Positions 1 through 18,000 of a stretch of 64,000 bases of DNA are shown piece by piece. Each line of letters begins with the position of its first letter. Positions within the stretch are counted from its first letter, which is position 1. The notes below the pieces were generated by a model that was given only the letters and a program-made list of their open reading frames with translations, was not told the origin of the DNA and did no database searches. Source of the DNA: the human T2T-CHM13v2.0 reference genome, Homo sapiens; assembly GCF_009914755.1 (NCBI RefSeq), contig NC_060937.1; one strand, 5' to 3'. The position numbers were made by a program, and so were the translations under genes.

Positions 1-3000
1 TAAAATACCAAAGTACCCCAAATATATATTTTATACTGTACATGAAATATCAAAGTTCTCAAACTATATATTATATAGTGCACATAAAATATCAAAGTAC
101 CAATGGTATATATTCCATACTGTACAAAAAATATCAAAGTACCCAAAGCATATATTATGCTGTACATAAAATATGAAAGTACATGAAATATATATTTTAT
201 TCTGTACATAAAATATCAAAGTACACCAAATATATATTCTATACTGTACATAAAATATCAAGGTACCCAAACTATACATTATATACTGTACATAAAATAT
301 GAAATTACATCAAATATATATTATATTAGGTACATAAAATATGAAAGTACATCAAATATAGATTATATACTGTACATAAAATATCAAAGTACCCAAACTA
401 TACATTATATACTGTACATAAAAGATGAAATTACATCAAATATATATTATATTAGGTATGTAAAATATGAAAGTACATCAAATATAGATTATATACTGTA
501 CATAAAATACCAAAGTACCCCAAATATATATTTTATACTGTACATGAAATATCAAAGTTCTCAAACTATATATTATATACTGCACATAAAATATCAAAGT
601 ACCCAAGGTATATATTCCATACTGTACAAAAAATATCAAAGTACCCAAAGCATATATTATATGCTGTACATAAAATATGAAAGTACATCAAATATATATT
701 TTATTCTGTACATAAAATATCAAAGTACACCAAATATATATTCTATACTGTACATAAAATATCAAGGTACCCAAACTATACATTATATACTGTACATAAA
801 ATATGAAATTACATCAAATATATATTATATTAGGTACATAAAATATGAAAGTACATCAAATATAGATTATATACTGTACATAAAATATCAAAGTACCCAA
901 ATATATATCATATACTGTACATGAAATATCAAAGCTCACACACTATATATTATATACTGTACATAAAATATCAATGTACCCAAACTATACTTTATATACT
1001 GTACATAAAATATGAAATTACATCAATTATATATTATATTAGGTATGTAAAATATGAAAGTACATCAAATAGAGGTTATATACTGTACATAAAATACCAA
1101 AGTACCCCAAATATATATTTTATACTGTACATGAAATATCAAAGTTCTCAAACTATATATTATATACTGCACATAAAATATCAAAGTACCCAAGGTATAT
1201 ATTCCATAATGTACAAAAAATATCAAAGTACCCAAAGCATATATTATATGCTGTACATAAAATATGAAAGTAGATGTAATATATATTTTATTCTCTACAT
1301 AAAATATCAAAGTACACCAAATATATATTCTATACTGTACATAAAATATCAAGGTACCCAAACTATACATTATCTACTGTACATAAAATATGAAATTACA
1401 TCAAATATATATTATATTAGGTACATAAAATATGAAAGTACATCAAATATAGATTATATACTGTACATAAAATATCAAGGTACCCAAATATATATCATAT
1501 ACTGTACATGAAATATCAAAGTTCACAAACTATATATTATATACTGTACATAAAATATCAAAGTACCCAAACTATACATTTTATACTGTACATAAAATAT
1601 GAAATTACATCAAATATATATTATCTTAGGTATGGAAAATATGAAAGTACATCAAATATAGATTATATACTGTACATAAAATACCAAAGTACCCCAAATA
1701 TATATTTTATACTGTACATGAAATATCGAAGTTCTCAAACTATATATTATATACTGCACATAAAATATCAAAGTACCCAAGGTATATATTCCATACTGTA
1801 CAAAAAATATCAAAGTACCCAAAGCATATATTATATGCTGTACATAAAATATGAAAGTACATGAAATATATATTTTATTCTGTACATAAAATATCAAAGT
1901 ACACCAAATATATATTCTATACTGTACATAAAATATCAAGGTACCCAAACTATACATTATATACTGTACATAAAATATGAAATTACATCAAATATATATT
2001 ATATTAGGTACATAAAATATGAAAGTACATCAAATATAGATTATATACTGTACATAAAATATCAAAGTACCCAAACTATACATTATATACTGTACATAAA
2101 ATATGAAATTACATCAAATATATATTATATTAGGTATGTAAAATATGAAAGTACATCAAATATAGATTATATACTGTACATAAAATACCAAAGTACCCCA
2201 AATATATATTTTATACTGTACATGAAATATCAAAGTTCTCAAACTATATATTATATACTGCACATAAAATATCAAAGTACCCAAGGTATATATTCCATAC
2301 TGTACAAAAAATATCAAAGTACCCAAAGCATATATTATATGCTGTACATAAAATATGAAAGTACATCAAATATATATTTTATTCTGTACATAAAATATCA
2401 AAGTACACCAAATATATATTCTATACTGTACATAAAATATCAAGGTACCCAAACTATACATTATATACTGTACATAAAATATGAAATTACATCAAATATA
2501 TATTATATTAGGTACATAAAATATGAAAGTACATCAAATATAGATTATATACTGTACATAAAATATCAAAGTACCCAAATATATATCATATACTGTACAT
2601 GAAATATCAAAGCTCACACACTATATATTATATACTGTACATAAAATATCAAAGTACCCAAACTATACTTTATATACTGTACATAAAATATGAAATTACA
2701 TCAAATATATATTTTATTAGGTATGTAAAATATGAAAGTACATCAAGTATAGATTTTATACTGTACATAAAATACCAAAGTACCCCAAATATATATTTTA
2801 TACTGTACATGAAATATCAAAGTTCTCAAACTATATATTATATACTGCACATAAAATATCAAAGTACCCAAGGTATATATTACATACTGTACAAAAAATA
2901 TCAAAGTACCCAAAGCATATATTATATGCTGTACATAAAATATGAAAGTACATGAAATATATATTTTATTCTCTACATAAAATATCAAAGTACACCAAAT

Positions 3001-6000
3001 ATATATTCTATACTGTACATAAAATATCAAGGTACCCAAACTATACATTATATACTGTACATAAGATATGAAATTACATCAAATATATATTATATTAGGT
3101 ACATAAAATATGAAAGTACATCAAATATAGATTATATACGGTACATAAAATATCAAAGTACCCAAATATATATCATATACTGTACATGAAATATCAAAGT
3201 TCACAAACTATATATTATATACTGTACATAAAATATCAAAGTACCCAAACTATACATTTTATACTGTACATAAAATATGAAATTACATCAAATATATATT
3301 TTATTAGGTATGTAAAATATGAAAGTACATCAAATATAGATTATATACTGTACATAAAATACCAAAGTACCCCAAATGTATATTCTATACTGTACATGAA
3401 ATATCAAAGTTCTCAAACTATATATTATATAGTGCACATAAAATATCAAAGTACCCAAGGTATATATTCCATAATGTACAAAAAATATCAAAGTACCCAA
3501 AGCATATATTATATGCTGTACATAAAATATGAAAGTACATGAAATATATATTTTATTCTGTACATAAAATATCAAAGTACACCAAATATATATTCTATAC
3601 TGTACATAAAATATCAAGGTACCCAAACTATACATTATATACTGTACATAAGATATGAAATTACATCAAATATATATTATATAAGGTACATAAAATATGA
3701 AAGTACATCAAACATAGCTTATATACTGTACATAAAATATGAAAGTACATCAAATATAGATTATATACTGTACATAAAATACCAAAGTACCCCAAATATA
3801 TATTTTATACTGTACATGAAATATCAAAGTTCTCAAACTATATATTATATACTGCACATAAAATATCAAAGTACCCAAGGTATATATTCCATACTGTACA
3901 AAAAATATCAAAGTACCCAAAGCATATATTATATGCTGTACATAAAATATGAAAGTACATCAAATATATATTTTATTCTGTACATAAAATATCAAAGTAC
4001 ACCAAATATATATTCTATACTGTACATAAAATATCAAGGTACCCAAACTATACATTATATACTGTACATAAAATATGAAATTACATCAAATATATATTAT
4101 ATTAGGTACATAAAATATGAAAGTACATCAAATATAGATTATATACTGTACATAAAATATCAAAGTACCCAAATATATATCATATACTGTACATGAAATA
4201 TCAAAGCTCACACACTATATATTATATACTGTACATAAAATATCAAAGTACCCAAACTATACATTATATACTGTACATAAAATATGAAATTACATCAAAT
4301 ATATATTTTATTAGGTATGTAAAATATGAAAGTACATCAAATAGAGATTATATACTGTACATAAAATACCAAAGTACCCCAAATATACATTTTATACTGT
4401 ACATGAAATATCAAAGTTCTCAAACTATGTATTATATACTGCACATAAAATATCAAAGTACCCAAGGTATATATTCCATACTGTACAAAAAATATCAAAG
4501 TACCCAAAGCATATATAATATGCTGTACATAAAATATGAAAGTACATGAAATATATAATTTATTCTCTACATAAAATATCAAAGTACACCAAATATATAT
4601 TCTATACTGTACAAAAAATATCAAGGTACCCAAACTATACATTATATACTGTACATAAAATATGAAATTACATCAAATATATATTATATTAGGTACATAT
4701 AATAAGAAAGTACATCAAATATAGATTATATACTGTACATAAAATATCAAAGTACCCAAATATATATCATATAGTGTACATGAAATATCAAAGTTCACAA
4801 ACTATATATTATATACTGTACATAAAATATCAAAGTACCCAAACTATACATTATATACTGTACATAAAATATGAAATTACATCAAATATATATTTTATTA
4901 GGTATGTAAAATATGAAAGTACATCAAATATAGATTATATACTGTACATAAAATACCAAAGTACCCCAAATATATATTTTATACTGTACATGAAATATCA
5001 AAGTTCTCAAACTATATATTATATAGTGCACATAAAATATCAAAGTACCCAAGGTATATATTCCATACTGTACAAAAATTATCAAAGTACCCAAAGCATA
5101 TATTATATGCTGTACATAAAATATGAAAGTACATCAAATATATATTTTATTCTGTACATAAAATATCAAAGTACACCAAATATATATTCTATACTGTACA
5201 TAAAATATCAAGGTACCCAAACTATACATTATATACTGTACATAAAATATGAAATTACATCAGATATATATTATATTAGGTACATAAAATATGAAAGTAC
5301 ATCAAATATAGATTATATACTGTACATAAAATATCAAAGTACCCAAATATATACCATATACTGTACATGAAATACCAAAGTTCACAAACTATATATTATA
5401 TACTGTACATAAAATATCAAAGTACCCAAACTATAGATTATATACTGTACATAAAATATGAAATTACATCAAATATATATTTTATTAGGTATGTAAAATA
5501 TGAAAGTACATCAAATATAGATTCTATACTGTACATAAAATACCAAAGTACCCCAAATATATATTTTATACTGTACATGAAATATCAAAGTTCTCAAACT
5601 ATATATTATATACTGCACATAAAATATCAAAGTACCCAAGGTATACATTCCATACTGTACAAAAAATATCAAAGTACCCAAAGCATATATTATATGCTCT
5701 ACATAAAATATGAAAGTACATCAAATATATATTTTATTCTGTACATAAAATATCAAAGTACACCAAATATATATTCTATACTGTACATAAAATATCAAGG
5801 TACCCAAACTATACATTATATACTGTACATAAAATATGAAATTACATCAAATATATATTATATTAGGTACATAAAATATGAAAGTACATCAAATATAGAT
5901 TATATACTGTACATAAAATATCAAAGTACCCAAATATATATCATATACTGTACATGAAATATCAAAGTTCACAAACTATATATTATATACTGTACATAAA

Positions 6001-9000
6001 ATATCAAGGTACCCACACTATACATTATATACTGTACATAAAATATGAAATTACATCAAATATATATTATATTAGGTATGTAAAATATGAAAGTACATCA
6101 AATATAGATTATATACTGTACATAAAATACCAAAGTACCCCAAATATATATTTTATACTGTACATGAAATATCAAAGTTCTCAAACTATATATTATATAC
6201 TGCACATAAAATATCAAAGTACCCAAGGTATATATTCCATACTGTACAAAAAATATCAAAGTACCCAAAGCATATATTATATGCTGTACATAAAATATGA
6301 AAGTACATGAAATATATATTTTATTCTCTACATAAAATATCAAAGTACACCAAATATATATTCTATACTGTACATAAAATATCAAGGTACCCAAACTATA
6401 CATTATATAGTGTACATAAAATATGAAATTACATCAAATATATATTATATTAGGTACATAAAATATGAAAGTACATCAAATATAGATTATATACTGTACA
6501 TAAAATATCAAAGTACCCAAATATATACCATATACTGTATATGAAATATCAAAGTTCACAAACTATATATTATATACTGTACATAAAATATCAAAGTACC
6601 CAAACTATAGATTATATACTGTACATAAAATATGAAATTACATCAAATATATATTTTATTAGGTATGTAAAATATGAAAGTTCATCAAATATAGATTATA
6701 TACTGTACATAAAATACCAAAGTACCCCAAATATATATTTTATACTGTACATGAAATATCAAAGTTCTCAAACTATATATTATATAATGCACATAAAATA
6801 TCAAAGTACCCAAGGTATATATTCCATACTGTACAAAAATTATCAAAGTACCCAAAGCATATATTATATGCTGTACATAAAATATGAAAGTACATCAAAT
6901 ATATATTTTATTCTGTACATAAAATATCAAAGTACACCAAATATATATTCTATACTGCACATAAAATATCAAGGTACCCAAACTATACATTATATACTGT
7001 ACATAAGATATGAAATTACATCAAATATATATTATATTAGGTACATAAAATATGAAAGTACATCAAATATAGATTATATACTCTACATAAAATATCAAAG
7101 TACCCAAATATATATCATATACTGTACATGAAATATCAAAGTTCACAAACTATATATTATATACTGTACATAAAATATCAAAGTACCCAAACTATACATT
7201 ATATACTGTACATAAAATCTGAAATTCCATCAAATATATATTATATTAGGTATGTAAAATATGAAAGTACATCAAGTATAGATTATATACTGTACATAAA
7301 ATACCAAAGTACCCCAAATATATATTTTATACTGTACATGAAATATCAAAGTTCTCAAACTATATATTATATACTGCACATAAAATATCAAAGTACCCAA
7401 GGTATATATTCCATACTGTACAAAAAATATCAAAGTACCCAAAGCATATATTATATGCTGTACATAAAATATGAAAGTACATCAAATATATATTTTATTC
7501 TGTACATAAAATATCAAAGTACACCAAATATATATTCTATACTGTACATAAAATATCAAGTTACCCAAACTATACATTATATACTGTACATAAAATATGA
7601 AATTACATCAAATATATATTATATTAGGTACATAAAATATGAAAGTACATCAAATATAGATTATATACTGTACATAAAATATCAAAGTACCCAAATATAT
7701 ATCATATACTGTACATGAAATATCAAAGTTCACAAACTATATATTATATACTGTACATAAAATATCAAAGTAACCAAACTATACATTATATACTGTACAT
7801 AAAATATGAAATTACATCAAATATATATTTTATTAGGTATGTAAAATATGAAAGTACATCAAATATAGATTATATACTGTACATAAAATACCAAAGTACC
7901 CCAAATATATATTTAATACTGTACATGAAATATCAAAGTTCTCAAACTGTATATTATATAGTGCACATAAAATATCAAAGTACCCAAGGTATATATTCCA
8001 TACTGTACAAAAATTATCAAAGTACCCAAAGCATATATTATATGCTGTACATAAAATATGAAAGTACATCAAATATATATTTTATTCTGTACATAAAATA
8101 TCAAAGTACACCCAATATATATTCTATACTGTACATAAAATATCAAGGTACCCAAACTATACATTATTTACTGTACATAAAATATGAAATTACATCAAAT
8201 ATATATTATATTAGGTACATAAAATATGAAAGTACATCAAATATAGATTATATACTGTACATAAAATCTCAAAGTACCCAAATATATATCATATACTGTA
8301 CATGAAATATCAAAGTTCAGAAACTATATATTATATACTGTACATAAAATATCAAAGTACCCAAACTATACATTATATACTGTACATAAAAGATGAAATT
8401 ACATCAAATATATATTATATTAGGTATGTAAAATATGAAAGTACATCAAATATAGATTATATACTGTACATAAAATACCAAAGTACCCCAAATATATATT
8501 TTATACTGTACATGAAATATCAAAGTTCTCAAACTATATATTATATACTGCACATAAAATATCAAAGTACCCAAGGTATATATTCCATACTGTACAAAAA
8601 ATATCAAAGTACCCAAAGCATATATTATATGCTGTAAATAAAATATGAAAGTACATCAAATATATATTTTATTCTGTACATAAAATATCAAAGTACACCA
8701 AATATATATTCTATACTGTACATAAAATATCAAGGTAACCAAACTATACATTATATACTGTACATAAGATATGAAATTACATCAAATATATATTATATTA
8801 GGTACATAAAATATGAAAGTACATCAAATATAGATTATATACTGTACATAAAATATCAAAGTACCCAAATATATATCATATACTGTACATGAAATATCAA
8901 AGTTCACAAACTATATATTATATACTGTACATAAAATATCAAAGTACCCAAACTATACATTATATACTGTACATAAAAGATGAAATTACATCAAATATAT

Positions 9001-12000
9001 ATTATATTAGGTATGTAAAATATGAAAGTACATCAAATATAGATTATATACTGTACATAAAATAGCAAAGTACCCCAAATATATATTTTATACTGTACAT
9101 GAAATATCAAAGTTCTCAAACTATATATTATATACTGCACATAAAATATCAAAGTACCCAAGGTATATATTCCATACTGTACAAAAAATATCAAAGTACC
9201 CAAAGCATATATTATATGCTGTAAATAAAATATGAAAGTACATCAAATATATATTTTATTCTGTACATAAAATATCAAAGTACACCAAATATATATTCTA
9301 TACTGTACATAAAATATCAAGGTAACCAAACTATACATTATATACTGTACATAAGATATGAAATTACATCAAATATATATTATATTAGGTACATAAAATA
9401 TGAAAGTACATCAAATATAGATTATATACTGTACATAAAATATCAAAGTACCCAAATATATATCATATACTGTACATGAAATATCAAAGTTCACAAACTA
9501 TATATTATATACTGTACATAAAATATCAAAGTACCCAAATATATATCATATACTGTACATGAAATATCAAAGTTCACAAACTATATATTATATACTGTAC
9601 ATAAAATATCAAGGTACCCACACTATACATTATATACTGTACATAAAATATGAAATTACATCAAATATATATTATATTAGGTATGTAAAATATGAAAGTA
9701 CATCAAATATATATTATATACTGTACATAAAATACCAAAGTACCCCAAATATATATTTTATACTGTACATGAAATATCAAAGTTCTCAAACTATATATTA
9801 TATACTGCACATAAAATATCAAAGTACCCAAGGTATATATTCCATACTGTACAAAAAATATCAAAGTACCCAAAGCATATATTATATGCTGTACATAAAA
9901 TATGAAAGTACATGAAATATATATTTTATTCTCTACATAAAATATCAAAATACACCAAATATATATTCTATACTGTACATAAAATATCAAGGTACCCAAA
10001 CTATACATTATATACTGTACATAAAATATGAAATTACATCAAATATATATTATATTAGGTACATAAAATATGAAAGTACATCAAATATAGATTATATACT
10101 GTACATAAAATATCAAAGTACCCAAATATATACCATATACTGTATATGAAATATCAAAGTTCACAAACTATATATTATATACTGTACATAAAATATCAAA
10201 GTACCCAAACTATAGATTATATACTGTACATAAAATATGAAATTACATCAAATATATATTTTATTAGGTATGTAAAATATGAAAGTTCATCAAATATAGA
10301 TTATATACTGTACATAAAATACCAAAGTACCCCAAATATATATTTTATACTGTACATGAAATATCAAAGTTCTCAAACTATATATTATATAATGCACATA
10401 AAATATCAAAGTACCCAAGGTATATATTCCATACTGTACAAAAATTATCAAAGTACCCAAAGCATATATTATATGCTGTACATAAAATATGAAAGTACAT
10501 CAAATATATATTTTATTCTGTACATAAAATATCAAAATACACCAAATATATATTCTATACTGTACATAAAATATCAATGTACCCAAACTATACATTATAT
10601 ACTGTACATAAAATATGAAATTACATCAAATATATATTATATTAGGTACATAAAATATGAAAGTACATCAAATATAGATTATATACTGTACATAAAATAT
10701 CAAAGTACCCAAATATATATCATATACTGTACATGAAATATCAAAGTTCACAAACTATATATTATATACTGTACATAAAATATCAAGGTACCCACACTAT
10801 ACATTATATACTGTACATAAAATATGAAATTACATCAAATATATATTATATTAGGTATGTAAAATATGAAAGTACATCAAATATAGATTATATACTGTAC
10901 ATAAAATACCAAAGTACCCCAAATATATATTTTATACTGTACATGAAATATCAAAGTTCTCAAACTATATATTATATACTGCACATAAAATATCAAAGTA
11001 CCCAAGGTATATATTCCATACTGTACAAAAAATATCAAAGTACCCAAAGCATATATTATATGCTGTACATAAAATATGAAAGTACATGAAATATATATTT
11101 TATTCTCTACATAAAATATCAAAGTACACCAAATATATATTCTATACTGTACATAAAATATCAAGGTACCCAAACTATACATTATATAGTGTACATAAAA
11201 TATGAAATTACATCAAATATATATTATATTAGGTACATAAAATATGAAAGTACATCAAATATAGATTATATACTGTACATAAAATATCAAAGTACCCAAA
11301 TATATACCATATACTGTATATGAAATATCAAAGTTCACAAACTATATATTATATACTGTACATAAAATATCAAAGTACCCAAACTATAGATTATATACTG
11401 TACATAAAATATGAAATTACATCAAATATATATTTTATTAGGTATGTAAAATATGAAAGTTCATCAAATATAGATTATATACTGTACATAAAATACCAAA
11501 GTACCCCAAATATATATTTTATACTGTACATGAAATATCAAAGTTCTCAAACTATATATTATATAATGCACATAAAATATCAAAGTACCCAAGGTATATA
11601 TTCCATACTGTACAAAAATTATCAAAGTACCCAAAGCATATATTATATGCTGTACATAAAATATGAAAGTACATCAAATATATATTTTATTCTGTACATA
11701 AAATATCAAAGTACACCAAATATATATTCTATACTGCACATAAAATATCAAGGTACCCAAACTATACATTATATACTGTACATAAGATATGAAATTACAT
11801 CAAATATATATTATATTAGGTACATAAAATATGAAAGTACATCAAATATAGATTATATACTCTACATAAAATATCAAAGTACCCAAATATATATCATATA
11901 CTGTACATGAAATATCAAAGTTCACAAACTATATATTATATACTGTACATAAAATATCAAAGTACCCAAACTATACATTATATACTGTACATAAAATCTG

Positions 12001-15000
12001 AAATTCCATCAAATATATATTATATTAGGTATGTAAAATATGAAAGTACATCAAGTATAGATTATATACTGTACATAAAATACCAAAGTACCCCAAATAT
12101 ATATTTTATACTGTACATGAAATATCAAAGTTCTCAAACTATATATTATATACTGCACATAAAATATCAAAGTACCCAAGGTATATATTCCATACTGTAC
12201 AAAAAATATCAAAGTACCCAAAGCATATATTATATGCTGTACATAAAATATGAAAGTACATCAAATATATATTTTATTCTGTACATAAAATATCAAAGTA
12301 CACCAAATATATATTCTATACTGTACATAAAATATCAAGTTACCCAAACTATACATTATATACTGTACATAAAATATGAAATTACATCAAATATATATTA
12401 TATTAGGTACATAAAATATGAAAGTACATCAAATATAGATTATATACTGTACATAAAATATCAAAGTACCCAAATATATATCATATACTGTACATGAAAT
12501 ATCAAAGTTCACAAACTATATATTATATACTGTACATAAAATATCAAAGTAACCAAACTATACATTATATACTGTACATAAAATATGAAATTACATCAAA
12601 TATATATTTTATTAGGTATGTAAAATATGAAAGTACATCAAATATAGATTATATACTGTACATAAAATACCAAAGTACCCCAAATATATATTTAATACTG
12701 TACATGAAATATCAAAGTTCTCAAACTGTATATTATATAGTGCACATAAAATATCAAAGTACCCAAGGTATATATTCCATACTGTACAAAAATTATCAAA
12801 GTACCCAAAGCATATATTATATGCTGTACATAAAATATGAAAGTACATCAAATATATATTTTATTCTGTACATAAAATATCAAAGTACACCCAATATATA
12901 TTCTATACTGTACATAAAATATCAAGGTACCCAAACTATACATTATTTACTGTACATAAAATATGAAATTACATCAAATATATATTATATTAGGTACATA
13001 AAATATGAAAGTACATCAAATATAGATTATATACTGTACATAAAATCTCAAAGTACCCAAATATATATCATATACTGTACATGAAATATCAAAGTTCAGA
13101 AACTATATATTATATACTGTACATAAAATATCAAAGTACCCAAACTATACATTATATACTGTACATAAAAGATGAAATTACATCAAATATATATTATATT
13201 AGGTATGTAAAATATGAAAGTACATCAAATATAGATTATATACTGTACATAAAATACCAAAGTACCCCAAATATATATTTTATACTGTACATGAAATATC
13301 AAAGTTCTCAAACTATATATTATATACTGCACATAAAATATCAAAGTACCCAAGGTATATATTCCATACTGTACAAAAAATATCAAAGTACCCAAAGCAT
13401 ATATTATATGCTGTAAATAAAATATGAAAGTACATCAAATATATATTTTATTCTGTACATAAAATATCAAAGTACACCAAATATATATTCTATACTGTAC
13501 ATAAAATATCAAGGTAACCAAACTATACATTATATACTGTACATAAGATATGAAATTACATCAAATATATATTATATTAGGTACATAAAATATGAAAGTA
13601 CATCAAATATAGATTATATACTGTACATAAAATATCAAAGTACCCAAATATATATCATATACTGTACATGAAATATCAAAGTTCACAAACTATATATTAT
13701 ATACTGTACATAAAATATCAAAGTACCCAAACTATACATTATATACTGTACATAAAAGATGAAATTACATCAAATATATATTATATTAGGTATGTAAAAT
13801 ATGAAAGTACATCAAATATAGATTATATACTGTACATAAAATAGCAAAGTACCCCAAATATATATTTTATACTGTACATGAAATATCAAAGTTCTCAAAC
13901 TATATATTATATACTGCACATAAAATATCAAAGTACCCAAGGTATATATTCCATACTGTACAAAAAATATCAAAGTACCCAAAGCATATATTATATGCTG
14001 TAAATAAAATATGAAAGTACATCAAATATATATTTTATTCTGTACATAAAATATCAAAGTACACCAAATATATATTCTATACTGTACATAAAATATCAAG
14101 GTAACCAAACTATACATTATATACTGTACATAAGATATGAAATTACATCAAATATATATTATATTAGGTACATAAAATATGAAAGTACATCAAATATAGA
14201 TTATATACTGTACATAAAATATCAAAGTACCCAAATATATATCATATACTGTACATGAAATATCAAAGTTCACAAACTATATATTATATACTGTACATAA
14301 AATATCAAAGTACCCAAATATATATCATATACTGTACATGAAATATCAAAGTTCACAAACTATATATTATATACTGTACATAAAATATCAAGGTACCCAC
14401 ACTATACATTATATACTGTACATAAAATATGAAATTACATCAAATATATATTATATTAGGTATGTAAAATATGAAAGTACATCAAATATATATTATATAC
14501 TGTACATAAAATACCAAAGTACCCCAAATATATATTTTATACTGTACATGAAATATCAAAGTTCTCAAACTATATATTATATACTGCACATAAAATATCA
14601 AAGTACCCAAGGTATATATTCCATACTGTACAAAAAATATCAAAGTACCCAAAGCATATATTATATGCTGTACATAAAATATGAAAGTACATGAAATATA
14701 TATTTTATTCTCTACATAAAATATCAAAATACACCAAATATATATTCTATACTGTACATAAAATATCAAGGTACCCAAACTATACATTATATACTGTACA
14801 TAAAATATGAAATTACATCAAATATATATTATATTAGGTACATAAAATATGAAAGTACATCAAATATAGATTATATACTGTACATAAAATATCAAAGTAC
14901 CCAAATATATACCATATACTGTATATGAAATATCAAAGTTCACAAACTATATATTATATACTGTACATAAAATATCAAAGTACCCAAACTATAGATTATA

Positions 15001-18000
15001 TACTGTACATAAAATATGAAATTACATCAAATATATATTTTATTAGGTATGTAAAATATGAAAGTTCATCAAATATAGATTATATACTGTACATAAAATA
15101 CCAAAGTACCCCAAATATATATTTTATACTGTACATGAAATATCAAAGTTCTCAAACTATATATTATATAATGCACATAAAATATCAAAGTACCCAAGGT
15201 ATATATTCCATACTGTACAAAAATTATCAAAGTACCCAAAGCATATATTATATGCTGTACATAAAATATGAAAGTACATCAAATATATATTTTATTCTGT
15301 ACATAAAATATCAAAATACACCAAATATATATTCTATACTGTACATAAAATATCAATGTACCCAAACTATACATTATATACTGTACATAAGATATGAAAT
15401 TACATCAAATATATATTATATTAGGTACATAAAATATGAAAGTACATCAAATATAGATTATATACTCTACATAAAATATCAAAGTACCCAAATATATATC
15501 ATATACTGTACATGAAATATCAAAGTTCACAAACTATATATTATATACTGTACATAAAATATCAAAGTACCCAAACTATACATTATATACTGTACATAAA
15601 ATCTGAAATTCCATCAAATATATATTATATTAGGTATGTAAAATATGAAAGTACATCAAATATAGATTATATACTGTACATAAAATACCAAAGTACCCCA
15701 AATATATATTTTATACTGTACATGAAATATCAAAGTTCTCAAACTATATATTATATACTGCACCTAAAATATCAAAGTACCCAAGGTATATATTCCATAC
15801 TGTACAAAAAATATCAAAGTACCCAAAGCATATATTATATGCTGTACACAAAATATGAAAGTACATCAAATATATATTTTATTCTGTACATAAAATATCA
15901 AAGTACACCAAATATATATTCTATACTGTACATAAAATATCAAGGTACCCAAACTATACATTATATACTGTACATAAAATATGAAATTACATCAAATATA
16001 TATTATATTAGGTACATAAAATATGAAAGTACATCAAATATAGATTATATACTGTACATAAAATATCAAAGTACCCAAATATATATCATATACTGTACAT
16101 GAAATATCAAAGTTCACAAACTATATATTATATACTGTACATAAAATATCAAAGTACCCAAACTATACATTATATACTGTACATAAAATATGAAATTACA
16201 TCAAATATATATTTTATTAGGTATGTAAAATATGAAAGTACATCAAATATAGATTATATACTGTACATAAAATACCAAAGTACCCCAAATATATATTTAA
16301 TACTGTACATGAAATATCAAAGTTCTCAAACTGTATATTATATAGTGCACATAAAATATCAAAGTACCCAAGGTATATATTCCATACTGTACAAAAATTA
16401 TCAAAGTACCCAAAGCATATATTATATGCTGTACATAAAATATGAAAGTACATCAAATATATATTTTATTCTGTACATAAAATATCAAAGTACACCCAAT
16501 ATATATTCTATACTGTACATAAAATATCAAGGTACCCAAACTATACATTATTTACTGTACATAAAATATGAAATTACATCAAATATATATTATATTAGGT
16601 ACATAAAATATGAAAGTACATCAAATATAGATTATATACTGTACATAAAATCTCAAAGTACCCAAATATATATCATATACTGTACATGAAATATCAAAGT
16701 TCAGAAACTATATATTATATACTGTACATAAAATATCAAAGTACCCAAACTATACATTATATACTGTACATAAAAGATGAAATTACATCAAATATATATT
16801 ATATTAGGTATGTAAAATATGAAAGTACATCAAATATAGATTATATACTGTACATAAAATACCAAAGTACCCCAAATATATATTTTATACTGTACATGAA
16901 ATATCAAAGTTCTCAAACTATATATTATATACTGCACATAAAATATCAAAGTACCCAAGGTATATATTCCATACTGTACAAAAAATATCAAAGTACCCAA
17001 AGCATATATTATATGCTGTAAATAAAATATGAAAGTACATCAAATATATATTTTATTCTGTACATATAATATCAAAGTACACCGAATATATATTCTATAC
17101 TTTACATAAAATATCAAGGTAACCAAACTATACATTATATACTGTACATAAGATATGAAATTACATCAAATATATATTATATTAGGTACATAAAATATGA
17201 AAGTACATCAAATATAGATTCTATACTGTACATAAAATATCAAAGTTCCCAAATATATATCATATACTGTACATGAAATATCAAATTTCACAAACTATAT
17301 ATTATATACTGTACATAAAATATCAAAGTACCCACACTATACATTATATACTGTACATAAAATATGAAATTACATCAAATATATATTATATTAGGTATGT
17401 AAAATATGAAAGTACATCAAATATAGATTATATACTGTACATAAAATACCAAAGTACCCCAAATATATATTTTATACTGTACATGAAATATCAAAGTTCT
17501 CAAACTATATATTATATACTGCACATAAAATATCAAAGTACCCAAGGTATATATTCCATACTGTACAAAAAATATCAAAGTACCCAAAGCATATATTATA
17601 TGCTGTACATAAAATATGAAAGTACATCAAATATATATTTTATTCTGTACATAAAATATCAAAGTACACCAAATATATATTCTATACTGTACATAAAATA
17701 TCAAGGTACCCAAACTATACATTATATACTGTACATAAAATATGAAATTACATCAAATATATATTATATTAGGTACATAAAATATGAAAGTACATCAAAT
17801 ATAGATTATATACTGTACATAAAATATCAAAGTACCCAAATATATATCATATACTGTACATGAAATATCAAAGTTCACAAACTATATATTATATACTGTA
17901 CATAAAATATCAAAGTACCCAAACTATACATTATATACTGTACATAAAATATGAAATTACATCAAATATATATTTTATTAGGTATGTAAAATATGAAAGT

